Assembly: GCA_043228905.1 (NCBI GenBank)
Contig: JBHGNT010000010.1
Span: forward strand, 7,564,001 to 7,628,000
Origin: Azolla caroliniana
Taxonomy: Eukaryota; Plantae; Polypodiophyta
Direction of reading: 5' to 3'
Length of the DNA: 64,000 nucleotides
A model generated the notes under the pieces. The model ran no database searches, was not told where the DNA came from, and saw only the letters and a program-made list of their open reading frames with translations. Shown here piece by piece: positions 48,468-61,557 of this stretch. Both the position numbers and the translations under genes were made by a program. Numbering within the stretch: the stretch's first letter is position 1; the number at the start of each line of letters is the position of its first letter.

Positions 48468-48730
48468 AGTGTAGTACTACCATGTGAATCTTGTATATGG
48501 AATGAGAAAACGAATAATAAGAGAGGATATGGTGCACTGTTCAGTCACAGAGATAATATAGAGAGATGAGGGACAACTACACTGAGATGGTTAGAGCTCA
48601 AGTAGAAATTACCATTACAAATCTCCTAACTAATGGGCAAGCAACCTCTTTTTCGAGAAAAAAACATTCAGCTAACCAACCAGCCAATCATGTCTTTTGT
48701 GGTTATTTCTTGGTTATTCACTCCGTCTAC

Positions 48731-50944
48731 TAGGGATAAAAAACGGTTCGGTTTAGGCTTAGCCGGTTTGGCCTTATCCAAGCCAAATCTGTTAAGCCTA
48801 AACCGTTTAGGGGTTTTCAAACCTGAACCAAACCGATTCCTAAACTGGTTTGGGAATTGGGTTAGGAGAAAACTACAAGACTATTACAATGAATATTCAA
48901 CTTCATAACCTAATTCTATTACAATTTATATTGAACTTCATAATACAATTCCATTACAGTTTATCATTGAACAATCCCCCTCCAATATGCTCCAAATGTA
49001 GAATGGTTACAAGGCTTAGAGAAAAACAACAAGAAAACACAAAATGAGAAATACAAGGCAAATATAAGTAATAGATACTTAGAGAAAAACAACGAGAAAA
49101 AATCCAATATTCCAAAAATGTTAACTAATGTAAATGTTAACTTTTCCAAAAATTGACTGTCATAATTGTCCAAGTCATAATATTCCAAAAAACATCACTT
49201 GTCCAAGTACAAGTATTCAATAACATCATCTTGTACCATAGTCTCTTCTAAATTGATATCTAAAGTATTATATTCATCATTAATACCTTAAGGAACTATC
49301 TTCCATATAAATGTATGTACCTATAACAAAAATAACATTTTGGTTATAAAAGATAAAAGAGATGGACGCTTTACTTGTTTTATATCAGACAATTGTTTTG
49401 TTGAAATTTTGGTCCACATTATTCCCTTCATATCTATTTTCTTATAACCTTAAAGTTTTGTGTTCCTCTTACTTTAATTTCAATAATCAGGTTGGCCCTC
49501 CCTAAATTTTGGAGGCAAGGTGGTGTCGTGTCTACATAGAGGCTCTCTCATTCACATTGTAGTTGGAACAAAGTCCACTAATTCTAAGGCTCGAGTATCA
49601 CACTTTATCATGATGCTTCTTCACCGTTCGATTAAATTAGAGCCATACTTTGAAGCCAAATTTAGCCTTACACACATTTCTTCTCTCCCATTTGTAATAA
49701 CTGCGACCAAAAACATATGCAATGTTTGATTAGTGAATGCTCTCGACTCTCGAGAGTGTCAAGGGAGTCGCATATTAACTCGCACATGACACATGTTATG
49801 TTGTGACGGGAACTCTTGTTCCTTATACGCAACACTCGGCAACAACCCAGAGAAAAACAGGAAATAAAAGCACGACATGAAGAAGAGAAGAATACACAGG
49901 ATGTTTACGTGGAAAACCCAGAGAGGGAAAAACCACGGCAGCCCACAGGCTGCAAACTATCACTATGTTAGAATGTACAACAGTGAGTACACAGATGCAA
50001 CGACCTCGTGCTCACGATCTTCGCGACAGGCGGCGGTTACAACAGAGGCAACGTCCTCTTTCTCTCTCTCTCTCATTGTACACAGTTACGCGCTCCCTCT
50101 TTTCTTGCACCAACAAGAAAAATGACAACAACTCTCTAAAAGTTTGCCCTAAGTCATATTTATACTAATATGACTTTTTGGCTATTTACAAATATAGTCA
50201 TGATGGATTCTCAGAAACATATTTACGAATATGTCTCTTCATCCGGTTCTCACCGGGTCTGCACCATCCAACTCTCCGTAGTCGGGTACTCCTCATCCGG
50301 TCTTCACCGGGTGTGTACCATCCGGCTCTCCGTAGCCGGGTACTCCTCATCCGGTTCTCACCGGGTCTGCACCATCTGGCTCTCCGTAGCCGGGTACTCC
50401 TCATCCGGTCTTCACCAGGTCTGTACCATCCGGCTCTCCGTAGCCAGGTACTCCTCATCCGGTCTTCACCGGGTCTGTACCATCCGGCTCTCCGTAGCCG
50501 GGTACTCCTCATCCGGTCTTCACTGGGTCTGTACCATCCGGCTCTCCGTAGTTGGGTACTCCTCATCTGGTTCCGGCCTCGGCCGAGTTTGTTCATCGGC
50601 ACAGTTCTTCTCCCTTCTCATCCGGAGGGACCTGTCTCCCAACATTTTGAAACTTGATTTATATCAACTTGGATCATTGATATTTTGATATGGAGAGGAC
50701 TTGGTGAGTACAACCTCTCTATCTAAATCAAGGTGTGGCATGCGCCCCTCTCTCTCACGAGTCACACACACACACATTCCAAACATTAAAAGAGACAGAA
50801 GAGAGGAATTCTTGAAACTTGAATTTAGTATATGTGAGTCTTACTTGAAAAGTTGAAGGTTGAAGGTGTGTTGCACGACGCACACAACAACGAGTTGTCG
50901 TCTTCCATTTTGTAATATGCACTGTTTAGGCTCCCTCAGAACTC

Positions 50945-50999
<55 letters not shown>

Positions 51000-51306
51000 T
51001 ATGTGTAGAGTCGTAAGTCATAAGTCACTTTGGAGTTTGTGTACAGACAATAGACTCGTGACTCGTGACTTGTTAGACTTCAATGGTCACTCTAGTCTCT
51101 ACTCTAAGTTTTAACCTAATAGTAATAGACTATAGTAATTATTAATTAAATCACCTAAACGACTTAGCCGGTTTGAGCCGGTTTAGCAAGGCTCAAGCCA
51201 AGCCGAGCCGAGCTGAAACTGTTAAGGCAATCTCAAGCCTAAGCCGAACCTCTAAACCGCTTTAGCCAAACGGTTTAGGCTTGAGCCGAGCCGTTGTTGA
51301 TCCCTA
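48731..51306. mobile_element. Non-autonomous hAT-type DNA transposon containing a solo LTR
   Basis: TIRs TAGGGATAAAAAACGGTTCGG / TAGGGATCAACAACGGCTCGG, 8-bp TSD CCGTCTAC/CCATCTAC, and subterminal AAACCG/AGCCG repeats at both ends. No transposase is present. Confidence 0.85.
49804..50644 (-). mobile_element. Solo LTR of the copia B/C family with six 54-bp tandem repeats
   Basis: TG...CA ends, flanks TGTTG/TTTTG, and motifs shared with 27070-27742. The tandem repeat is at ~50236-50570. Confidence 0.85.
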
Positions 51307-51756
51307 CCATCTACACAATGTGAAAGTCCAACCCACATTTACCATCATAATGAAGCATACTAGTTTTGATTGCATTTCATCAAATCCTCTTCTATTGTAT
51401 TCACTCTACCATTCCAAATTCCTCCAAATAGCTTTCATCACCATTTCAAATCCTTGAATCTTAGCTAACTTAGAATCATAATTTATAGTAGTAAATGGGT
51501 ATTATTTGTAAGCATTTTGATTTTCTCAATATGTCTTAAATAATTTCTCTACTCTTTATTTTCTCGATTACGTGAGTTTCAATCTCCATAGTTTATTATA
51601 CGCAAACCCTCAACATCATTTGTGATCAAGGCCTAGTCTGAAAATCCTTTCGTACATTTTCCATGAATTAAACATACCTTTTTTCTATTCAATGATCAAT
51701 CAATAGTGTTATGTACATATGTGAAAAATGTGAAGAAAAATGATGTAAGAAATACC

Positions 51757-54700
51757 TGTCAGAACCAAGACAAAAGATAGAGTGGTGGAAGAAAGATGTA
51801 AAGAGATCACAAGAAGAGAGGAATGAAGTGATAAGAGAAGAATGAATGTATTAATAAGATAGAATGAAAATGGATACAAGATAGGCGATGAAAGCTTAAG
51901 ACTGGTGTTGATTCGAATTGGTTTGAGAAGAATTATATGTCTATATTTATAGGTTCCTATAGAATAGCCTAGAGATTTTTATAATGTTCTAGAATATTCT
52001 AAGATGTTCTAGGATATTCTAGAATGTTCTAGAATGTTCCAGAACATTTAAAATAATCAGTCTGTTACAAGAAGTAGCTTTTATCATTTCATATGATCAT
52101 ATGCTATCTTAATGGTAAGGTTCTTGATTATGTATTACAAGGTCTTGGATTCAAGCCCAAGTGAAGCCATGATGTTTATGTATTCATGACACTATCTCCC
52201 CTTTGAGAATGACGAGTGGAAGTCGTCGTTAACAATGTAGGGCCCGGCTTGTTTGGATAACGACGATGGAAGTCTACGACAAGAGCTTGAGCATTAGAAA
52301 CATTATTGACGGGTTCCCAAGTGCGATCACTCGGAGGATAGCCTACCCAATCAACTAGATAATAGAGCTTATTTTGCACAATCTTAGAATCGAGAATAAC
52401 AACTACCTCATATTCAGGGCCATCAACAAGTTGCACAGAGGACGGAGGTGGTACAACACGATTAGGAATGGAAGACGTGTGACAAGGTTCCAAAAGAGAG
52501 CTATGAAAGACTTGGTGAAGCCGCATGTGTGCTGGAAGATTAAGACCAAAGGTGGCATCGTTAATATGTGCAGTGATGAGAAAAAGACCTAAGCGCTGAT
52601 AATCGAGCTTCTCGCATGGCCGAGTAGTCTTGATGTGACGACGAAGCAACCATACTTGGTCACCAACCTTAAAAGGAGACTTAAGACGATCCCGATTTGC
52701 ATTGGTCTTATGTTGTGCTTGAGCTGTTTGAATATGTGAAGATAATGCTAACTGGATTCAATGTAGCTGATGAAGATGATGCTCAACACTAGGGTTTTGT
52801 GCAACCTTGGGAAGACCCAAGATACACCATCAAGTGTTGGGGACAAGGCCGTCAATGCGGAAGTGCAAGCAACATTCGTGATGAAGAAGAACTTGTGTAT
52901 GTGCGAGCCAGATAGACACAGAGGGAGAGAGAGGCACAAAATGAACATTATATTGCAATAGCAATCGTTACAAATGACAACCAACAACAACAACTAAAGG
53001 TTACAAAGTTACTTTATATAGTGACTATCCTAGGGCAACTGCCCTTTATGCTATTTACAGAAATAGCCCGAACTTGGGCTGTCCAAAGGGACAATGTGAA
53101 TACGGCCATTATACACTCGTATTCGACACTCCCTCGTAATGGGTGTATACATGGGCTATCTTAAAGAATTACAGGTATATATACAAGGTTTATCGGATAG
53201 ATCGGTTTTGTCAGAGTCGGCAAGATTCGAAGACAGAAGACCGAACTAGTTGGGTCGAAAGAGCTGAAGCCGATCCTCAGAGAACTGATGTCGGTGGTCC
53301 GAAACCGTCCTGTGTTGTGTGTCCAATTTTAACTGGACCGATTTTTCGTTATGCCCATCTGGTGCCGAAGGGACCGGAAACGATCCGCCGAAAGACACTT
53401 GGTCATTCCATCTGCGACATTATTGGTTGTGGATATCTTCTCTAGACCAATTTTCCCTGAAATGATGCAGTCCCGAACGAAGTGATATCAAACGTCGATA
53501 TGCTTAGAGGCGTTGTGGTGAACTGGATTTTTTGACAAAGCAACAACACCCTGACTGTCGTTGTAGACAATTGGAGCTGAGTCGGAGTCGACCTCTCGAA
53601 ACGTGTGCGCCAGCCGACCGAGCCATATTTAGCTTCTTTTGCCGCGTCGGATGCAGCTACATATTCCGCTTCGGTCATTGAGGTGCACTCCTGAAGTTTC
53701 GACTTCCACGAGATTGCTCCATTGCCGAATTTGAAACAGTATCCAGTTGTTGATTTCCGACTGTCCATACAGCCGATGAAGTCGTAGTCGGTGTAACCGA
53801 CTACGCTTGAGGTTGAGTTCGGGCCGAAAAGAATGTCGTGGTCTTTTGTGCCAGCTAGATATCTGAACACATGCTTGACTGCGTTCCAGTGCGATCGGCC
53901 GGGGTTGTGCATGAATCTGCTACGGCGTGAGAAATATCAAGCCGTGTCGCGACCATCGCGTACATAAGGGAGCCGATTGCCGGTGCATACGGTACCGACT
54001 TCATATCTTCCCCGTCCGAACCGGATGTCAGGCAGTCTCGCTGAGACAGCCGAAGGTTAATGGGGAGCGGGGTCGAAGCAGACTTGGTCGAGTGCATGTT
54101 GAAGCGTTCCAAGACATGTTCAATGTAGTCGGGTTGAGACAAGAAAAGTTGTCGTTTATCACGATGCTGACTGATTTTCATACCAAGTATGTGTCTTGCC
54201 GGACCGAGGTCATTCATGGCAAACTTCAATTGCACTTTTCGAATGAGTTTGGTGAGCTCTCTGGCATGCCGGATGGAGAGGAGCATGTCGTCCATGTAGA
54301 TGATGAGGAAGACGGGAGACCTGTCTTGAGTTGTTTTGGTAAAGAGATAGTGGTCCTCATCGCTCTTTGAGAAACCGACCGATTGGATGAAGTCGTCGAA
54401 CTTCTTGTACCACTATTGGGGTGCCTGTTTGAGGCCGTAGAGACTCTTCCTGAGTCGGCAGCCTAGATGTTCCTGGCTGGATGCTACAAAGCCTTTCGGC
54501 TGCTCCATATAGATTTCCTCCTGTAGGTCACCGTGGAGGAATGTCGTTTTTACATTTAGCTGAATCAGCTCCAAGTTGTCGGCGTCCATGACACCGAGCA
54601 TGAAACGAAGGGTCGTCATTTTCACCACTGGTGAAAAGATTTCGTTGAAGTCGACGCCATATTCTTGTCGAAATCCCTTCGCAACTAATTTGGCCTTGTT

Positions 54701-57700
54701 ACTTTGGGGTGGTCGAGTCGGACGTCTCTTTTAGTCGATAGACCCACTTACACGGAAGAGCACGTCGATTCTTTGGCAATTCGACCAAGTCCAAAGTCTT
54801 GTTTCCCCGAATGGAGTGCATTTCCGACTCCATCGCCAGATTCCATGTGGCTGAATCGGCAGATGCCAATGCTTCTTCGTAAGACGTCGGTTCGCCGGCG
54901 TCGGTAAAGAAAATTCCGGCAGAGTACCTCTCCGGAGGTTGCGATAGTCTCTCGGATCTGCAAGGTATTACCGGACTAGTCACACCGGGTGTCAATGTCG
55001 GATGGTCGGGAGCTGAGCCATTCGGCTGTGCCGAATTGGTGGATTCAGTGCGAGAGTGGTCGGTTACCCGTGAAACCAAACTCGTGTTGTGGGCTGGGCC
55101 GTCATGAAGGGTTGGCACTTCGGTCTTCAATAGGCCTTTCAGCCGTTTTATGCATAGCCGACTCGTTGAACATGACATCCGAACTTCGGATGATTTGCCT
55201 GTGCTCGGGGCCCCAGAGTTGGTATCTGATCTCGCCGTCGGGTCCATATCCAAGAAAAACACATTTCCTTGACATGGGTTCGAGTTTCCGGCGGTCGTCT
55301 TTCGGTATGAGAGCATACGCCTCGCAACCGAAGATCCTCAGTTTGTCATAATTCGGCTTACTGCCGGTCCATATTTCCTGATGTAGAGCCTCCGCCCAGA
55401 AGCCATCCGACAGTCCGGAGTGTCGGAGCATGGATACTACACGTTCTCGAATCGTCTTATTCATGCGTTCAGCAATTCCGTTCTACTCCGGACTATAGGG
55501 TGCCATATATTCACATCGAATGCCGCATTCCCGACAGAATTTGACAAATTCTTTAGACTTGAATTCTCCTCCATTGTCAGTTCGGAGACATTTCAGTTTC
55601 CGACCGGTCTGATTTTCGACCATTGCAAGCCATTCGGAGAAGATTGAGAACACACGATCTTTGGTTCTGATGGGGTAAGCCCACACCTTCCGAGTCGAGT
55701 CGTCAATAAAACTGACGAAGTACGAAGCACCGCCGAGAGACTGATGTGGCATCGGCGACAGACGTCCGAGTGGACTTGATTCTCTTGGTGCTGATGTCAG
55801 GTGTGATGTGGCTACCTGTTTGCCGTACTGGCAATGCTCACAGAATTGGTGATTCGAGAAGGAGAGTTTGGGGATGTAACCGGCTCTGGATAGGTGCATT
55901 ATGTCGGCCTTGCTAAGGTGTCCAAGTTGTCCGTGCCATAACAATGACACGGGGATATCAACCAAAAATAAGTCACCCTCTTTGAGTGTGACATATAAAG
56001 GATACAAGGAATGTACCTTTGGACCTCGAGCAAGCAGGAGGTTCCCTTTGTGGAGTGTCCACCCTCCTTATGAGAATCCGGCACGGATGCCAACTTCGTC
56101 AAGTTATTCGACTGAGATCAAGGGTCTTGAGAGCTCAGGAACGTGTCGGATGTTGTGGAGTACGAGTTTAGAGCCTCCCGGAAGATTAAACTCTACGGTG
56201 CCGATTCCGATTATAGCATAGTGCTGCGAGTTTCCAACTCGAACTGAGTCGGAGTGCCGGTCTGAGTATTGCCGAAACTGAGATCGGTGAGGTGTCACAT
56301 CATACGATGCGCCCGAGTCCAGGAGCCATGTGCTTGATTCCTCAATCATAAGCAGAACTTCCGATTCGACTGGGTTCTCTATGGACAGTATATTCAGGTT
56401 GGTCGTCAAAATTTCTGCTGAACAGCCGACGTAGTTGACCTCCTCATGCCGGCTACTCTTCTGATCCGCTCTCTAAGCTTTGTCGGTTTTGGCTTTGAGT
56501 GCTCGACAGTCGGCTTTGATGTGTCCCGGTTTCTTGCAGTAGTTGCAGATTCGGTTGTCCTGGGACTTCCTCCTGCTTCGCTGATTGTTCGGTGGTCAGG
56601 AAGAACTTCTTCCCCGGTTGTTCGATCGGTCAGTCGAACCTTGTACTACGTAAGCTTCATCTGGCAAGTCTTTGGCGAAAGAATTTCTCGAAGCTGCTTC
56701 AGTCAAGATTGTGCTCGTGACTTCGGAGTACTTAAATGCAGCTGTTGAAGCATTGCGCACGGTTGTAACGAAAGTTTCCCATGAAGAGGGGAGACTACTC
56801 ATGAGTATCATGGCTCTGAGTTCATCCTCGATTGCCGTCCCCTAAGACGAGATTTGGGAGCTTATGCTTCCGTACTCATTGAGGTGTGCTTGAACCAAAT
56901 CAGATTCTTTCATCCACAAGTTGTAGAGGCGCTGGATTAGATACATCTTTGTTGTGGCAACCTTCTTTTCATAAGTTTCCGACAATGTTTTCCAAAGTTC
57001 AAACGTTGTCGTGCATGATTGCATTGTGAAGTACACTGACTCCGACAAGTGCATCCGAATCGTGGCGCGGACAATTCTGTCCAGCTTTAGCCACTCATTC
57101 GCCTTGTATGCTTCTGGAGGATTTTCATTCTCAATCGGGTCTATCTGACCCTTGACTATGAGATAGTCATGCATTTGTTCCTTCCAGAAGTTGAAGTTCG
57201 AACCGTCGAACCTCCTTAGACTCATCTCTGATGAGCCAGATGTTGATGCCATCTGCTTTGGTTTCGGTTAGTAAGACTTGGTTTGGAGTTGACTACGAAC
57301 CTTAGTAGGGTGCAGCCGGTCAGCTCACCCGATATAGTTCTAGTCGGTTTTGAACCCGAGTTGGTTTGGTTTCGGATACTTGTTGTTGAACTTGCTCAGA
57401 GTGACTCCGGTAACTTGAGGGACAGAACCGCATGGTCTTCCTGAATGTTGCCGAGTCGGAGTGAGCCCGGTTAGCTTCCGATTGTATGCCCAATACCGAT
57501 TACACGAAACCGATTGTTTGGGCCGATTCTGCTTCGGATGACTGCAGCGATGAGAGGGACGGATCTAACTGATCCTCCCAAATGTCGATCAGCTGAGTGA
57601 AGCACGAAGTGGTTGGTTGTTGCTCAAGGAGCTCCCCTCAGGTAGTTACAATCGCAGGAACAGAGTACAACTGACTGGCTTACTCCAATTTGTGATTTAA

Positions 57701-60700
57701 CACAGTGAGGTGCGAGCTTTTTGTTTTCCTTCTCCCTTCTCTGTTCTTCAAAGAAAACGAAAAACAGAATGTTGTGCGATGATGGCTGACAACGGGTTGA
57801 CTGTTGAAGAACCTCCAACGCTCTGATACCAAATGTTGGGGACAAGGCCGTCAGTGCGGAAATGCAAGCAGCATTCGTGATGAAGAAGAACCTGTGTATG
57901 CGTGAGCAAGATAGACACAGAGGGAGAGAGAGGCACAAAATGAACGTTATATTGCAATAACAATCGTTACAAATGACAACCAACAACAACAACTAAAGGT
58001 TACAAAGTCACTTTATATAGTGACTATCCTAGGGCAACTGCCCTTTATGCTATTAACAGAAATAGCCCGAACTTGGGTTGTCCAAAGGGATAGTGTGAAT
58101 ACAGCCATTATACACTCATATTCGACATCAAGGATGGTTGCCGGTGTAGGAAAAGAAAGGTGTAACCTTGGTAGAAGAGTGTACTGTGTTGTTTTATACA
58201 AACTCAGCAAGATGTAAAATAATACTCCAATAATCTTGTTGATAACTGATGAAGCATCGAAGATACTACTTGAGTGTTTGATTCATGCGCTTAGTTTGTC
58301 CGTCGGTTTGTGGATGATAAGCCGAAGAGAGTTTGTAGGAGATTTTGAGGCTTGCCCATAGGTGCTTCCAAAAGTGGGAGATAAATTGAGAGATAAATTG
58401 AGGTAATTATATGGTTTGGAAGACCATGATGGAGAAACACTTCACGCATAACGATATCTGCGGTTTCCTGACTACTGGTGCTCTTTACACATGGTAAAAA
58501 ATGTGCCATCTTTTGTAAATCGATCCACTACTGTTAAAATAGTATCAAATACTTTTGAAGGTGGCAGATCCGTAACGAAATCCATAGAAATAGATTGTCA
58601 TGGCTTGGTTGGAGGCGGTAATGGTTGTAACAAGCCATAAGGATGATGCTTGGGTATTTTGGCTCGACAACAGGTGTCACATGTACGAACATAATCTTCA
58701 ACAAACTTTTGCAAATGAGGCCACCAAAACGAGCGTTTCACCAACTCCATGGTCTTGGCAATACCAAAATGTCCAGCCATAGCGGTATCATGATAATGCT
58801 CTAATACTTGAAGGCGGGGTGATCCATCAAGGACGTAAAGGAGATTCTTGTAAAATAGTAAGCCATTTGCCACTTGAATTCCTCATAATGTTGAGATGAA
58901 CCTTGCAATGTGGAGCAAGATGCATGGCTTGGACTAATGTGGGCCGAGACATCCCTAGCAAAATCATTAGAGTGAAGTTTTTGCCGAATAGTATCAACAA
59001 GGCATGAATCAAGTGGCGTGGCATAAACTGTTGTTGCTTGTAGCTTTGATGGTCCTAGGAGAATTTGCTTTTGGTTGTCAAAGGACGGATCTCCAGGTCG
59101 AGGTGCGAGAAATGAATGTCGAGATAGAGCATTTGCCTTCCCTTGTTGCTTCCCGGGGTGGAAAACGATCTTGAAATCAAAATGAGTTAGAAAATACGTA
59201 AGATTTTTGTGATCACTATAAATGATGATTTGATGAGGCGAACCTTCCAAGAAATGTCGCCATTGCTCGAAAGAGTCAACCACAGCTAGTAACTCCTTGT
59301 TATGCACCTCATAGTTTATGTTCGCAATAGTGAATTTTCTCGAGTGAAATGTGACTGGATGGGACTGCCCATCCTTGCCTGGTTGGGATAGGATACTCCC
59401 CAATGCAAAGTTTGACGCATTCGCTTCAATGCTAAATGGCTTTTCGGGATCAATATGTGCTAATATAGGAGCTGATGTGAATGCCTCTTTGAGCTAAGTA
59501 AAGGCTATGTCCGCTTCAATCGTCCAAACAAATGCTTGATTCTTCTTGGTGAGTTGGGTGAGAGGTTACACGATCGTTGAATAATTCCATATGAATTTGT
59601 GATAGAAGTTGGCAAATCAGAGAAAACATTGGATGACTCGAACAGAACGTGGGGGTTGCCATTCTTATATTGTTTTGACTTTTGTTGGATCCATGAAGAT
59701 ACCCTTAGATGATATAGTATAACCCAAGAATTCGACTTGATCATTGTCAAAACTGCACTTCTCAAGTTTGGCATACAGACCATACTTTCTTAAGCGTTCA
59801 AGTACTTTTTGGACATGTATACCATGCTCCTCCTGTGTTTTAGAGTAAATCAACAGATTATCTAAATAGATTATGAGAAAGATATCCAGAAAATCCCGGA
59901 AAATGTCATTTTCCATATGTTGGAAAACTGCGAGGGCATTTGTAAGCCCGAAAGGCATGACTGTATACTCAAAATGACCATACCGAGTGCGTAATGCCGT
60001 TTCCCACTCATCTCCTAGTCGAATGCGAACAAGATTGTATGCACCCCTTAAATCAATCTTTGTAAAATGCTTTGCCCCACCAATGCGCTCTAAAAGACTG
60101 GAGATTAAAGGAAGAGCATACCTATTTGTTATGGTGACTTTATTTCATCCTCAATAGTCCACGACCAAACGAAGCGACCCGTCGTTTTTCTTCACAAAAA
60201 ATATAGGAGCACTGGCTGGAGACTTTGAATGTCGAATAAACCCATGTGAAAGATTCTCCTCGATGTATTCTCGAAGACCACAAGCTCAGTTGGTGATAGA
60301 TTGTAGATCGGACCCCACGGTGGCTCTTTTCCTGGTTGGAGGGCAATGGGACAATCGTACGACAGATGCTTTGGAAGTACACTAGCTTTGACTTTGTCGA
60401 AAACATCAGCATATTCTTGATATTTTTTGAGAATTTGGATGGCCGAGTTGCCTTGAGTGGCATTAGAAGGTGTCCCTGATATTGCAAATAAGAAAAGTTT
60501 CTCCTTTCCTCCCACTTGGGACAATTTTTGCAATGTGATGGTTGAGATTTGGTGAAAAGGAGATGGTGCACTAGTAGAACTATATTCTTTAAAGGAAGTG
60601 TTGGGTTTGATCCTTAGCAATGGTGTTTTCTGCAGAAGGGCATCAAATTTCTCGCCTCCTCAAATCAATTCTTGGGTAATGTAGCTCAAACCATGGCAAA

Positions 60701-61070
60701 CCAAGGACAATTGGATGATCGGGGCTACGAATTATGTTAAAGGAAACTACACATCCAAAATCACCTAAGAGTATGGGACGTCCATGAATCTTTCCAGAAG
60801 TTATGGGACGTCCATGAATCACTACTACAGAAACTGGGCAAGGAAGTGTACGCAAGGATATTTGATGTTTTTGGGCAAAATCTCTATCCATGAAACAAGA
60901 ATTTGCTCTGGTATCTAAGAGGGCTTGGACGTGAAGTTGGCAACTCGGTGTCCTAACTTTTACTTGGGCTGAGAAGACTCTACTAACATGCTTGGATGAA
61001 ATGGAACCTACACTAGGTTGTACAGATCTAGGGTTGTCCAACCAAATGACTCCTATTTTGGCCGGACTTA
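51757..61070 (-). mobile_element. Chromovirus-type Ty3/gypsy element F (5'-truncated, decayed), interrupted by copia G
   Basis: 3' LTR 51757-52191, PPT, chromodomain (EYEVVVILDSKIVQNKLYYLVDWVGYPPSDRTWEP), INT zinc finger (HDTAMAGH...CDTC), RH, RT (MPFGLTNA) and PR (LLDTRAN). Confidence 0.88.
52835..58127 (-). mobile_element. Ty1/copia element G, full length but decayed
   Basis: 294-bp LTRs at 52835-53128 and 57834-58127, TSD TCAAG and PBS TGGTATCAGAGC (57820-57831). gag (RRFDGSNFNFWK), PR (WLLDSGAS), INT (LRTDNGGEF), RT and RH fragments are present. Confidence 0.94.
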
Positions 61071-61451
61071 TTCGTTTGACTCCTCTTCTAATTGGCTTAG
61101 GAATTCAAACTTATAGGACAAGGGCGGATTATTTTCATAATATTAGAATCACTAAGTGCTTCTAAAATGTTGGACTCATTTTTATTGTCCTAGTGAATTT
61201 GATTTACCTGACGTCTTAGCCTATGGGAGCAATGAATGGCTATATATGTCATGGACCTCAGCAATATAAGCACAGACAGTTTGCTCGGCGTCGTTGCTTT
61301 TCTTCATCCGAAAATGGTCCTCGTCGTTGGGTCATATCGATCTCCATGGGTGGCAGCCTATCCATTGGGGTTGAACTACGTGTTTGCTCGACTAATAGCT
61401 TAGTATCACACCGTATTGCTTGACTAATAGCTTAGTACCTAATTATGTGAT

Positions 61452-61497
61452 TAGTTGATAAGTGGAAGATTATGTGATATGTGTGTGTATGTGTGTG

Positions 61498-61557
<60 letters not shown>

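Noticed and set aside
50170-50688. Repeat-protein ORFs (also 3162-3794 and 42076-42448)
   Set aside because: They are translations of tandem repeats inside LTRs and are open in several frames.
50948-50996. (CT)n and (GA)n tracts here and at ~27350, ~41955 and ~61500
   Set aside because: They are ordinary microsatellites, mostly within LTRs or other TEs.
51315-51756. Possible decayed LINE remnant flanking the hAT element (with 48468-48730)
   Set aside because: No diagnostic motif could be read with confidence.
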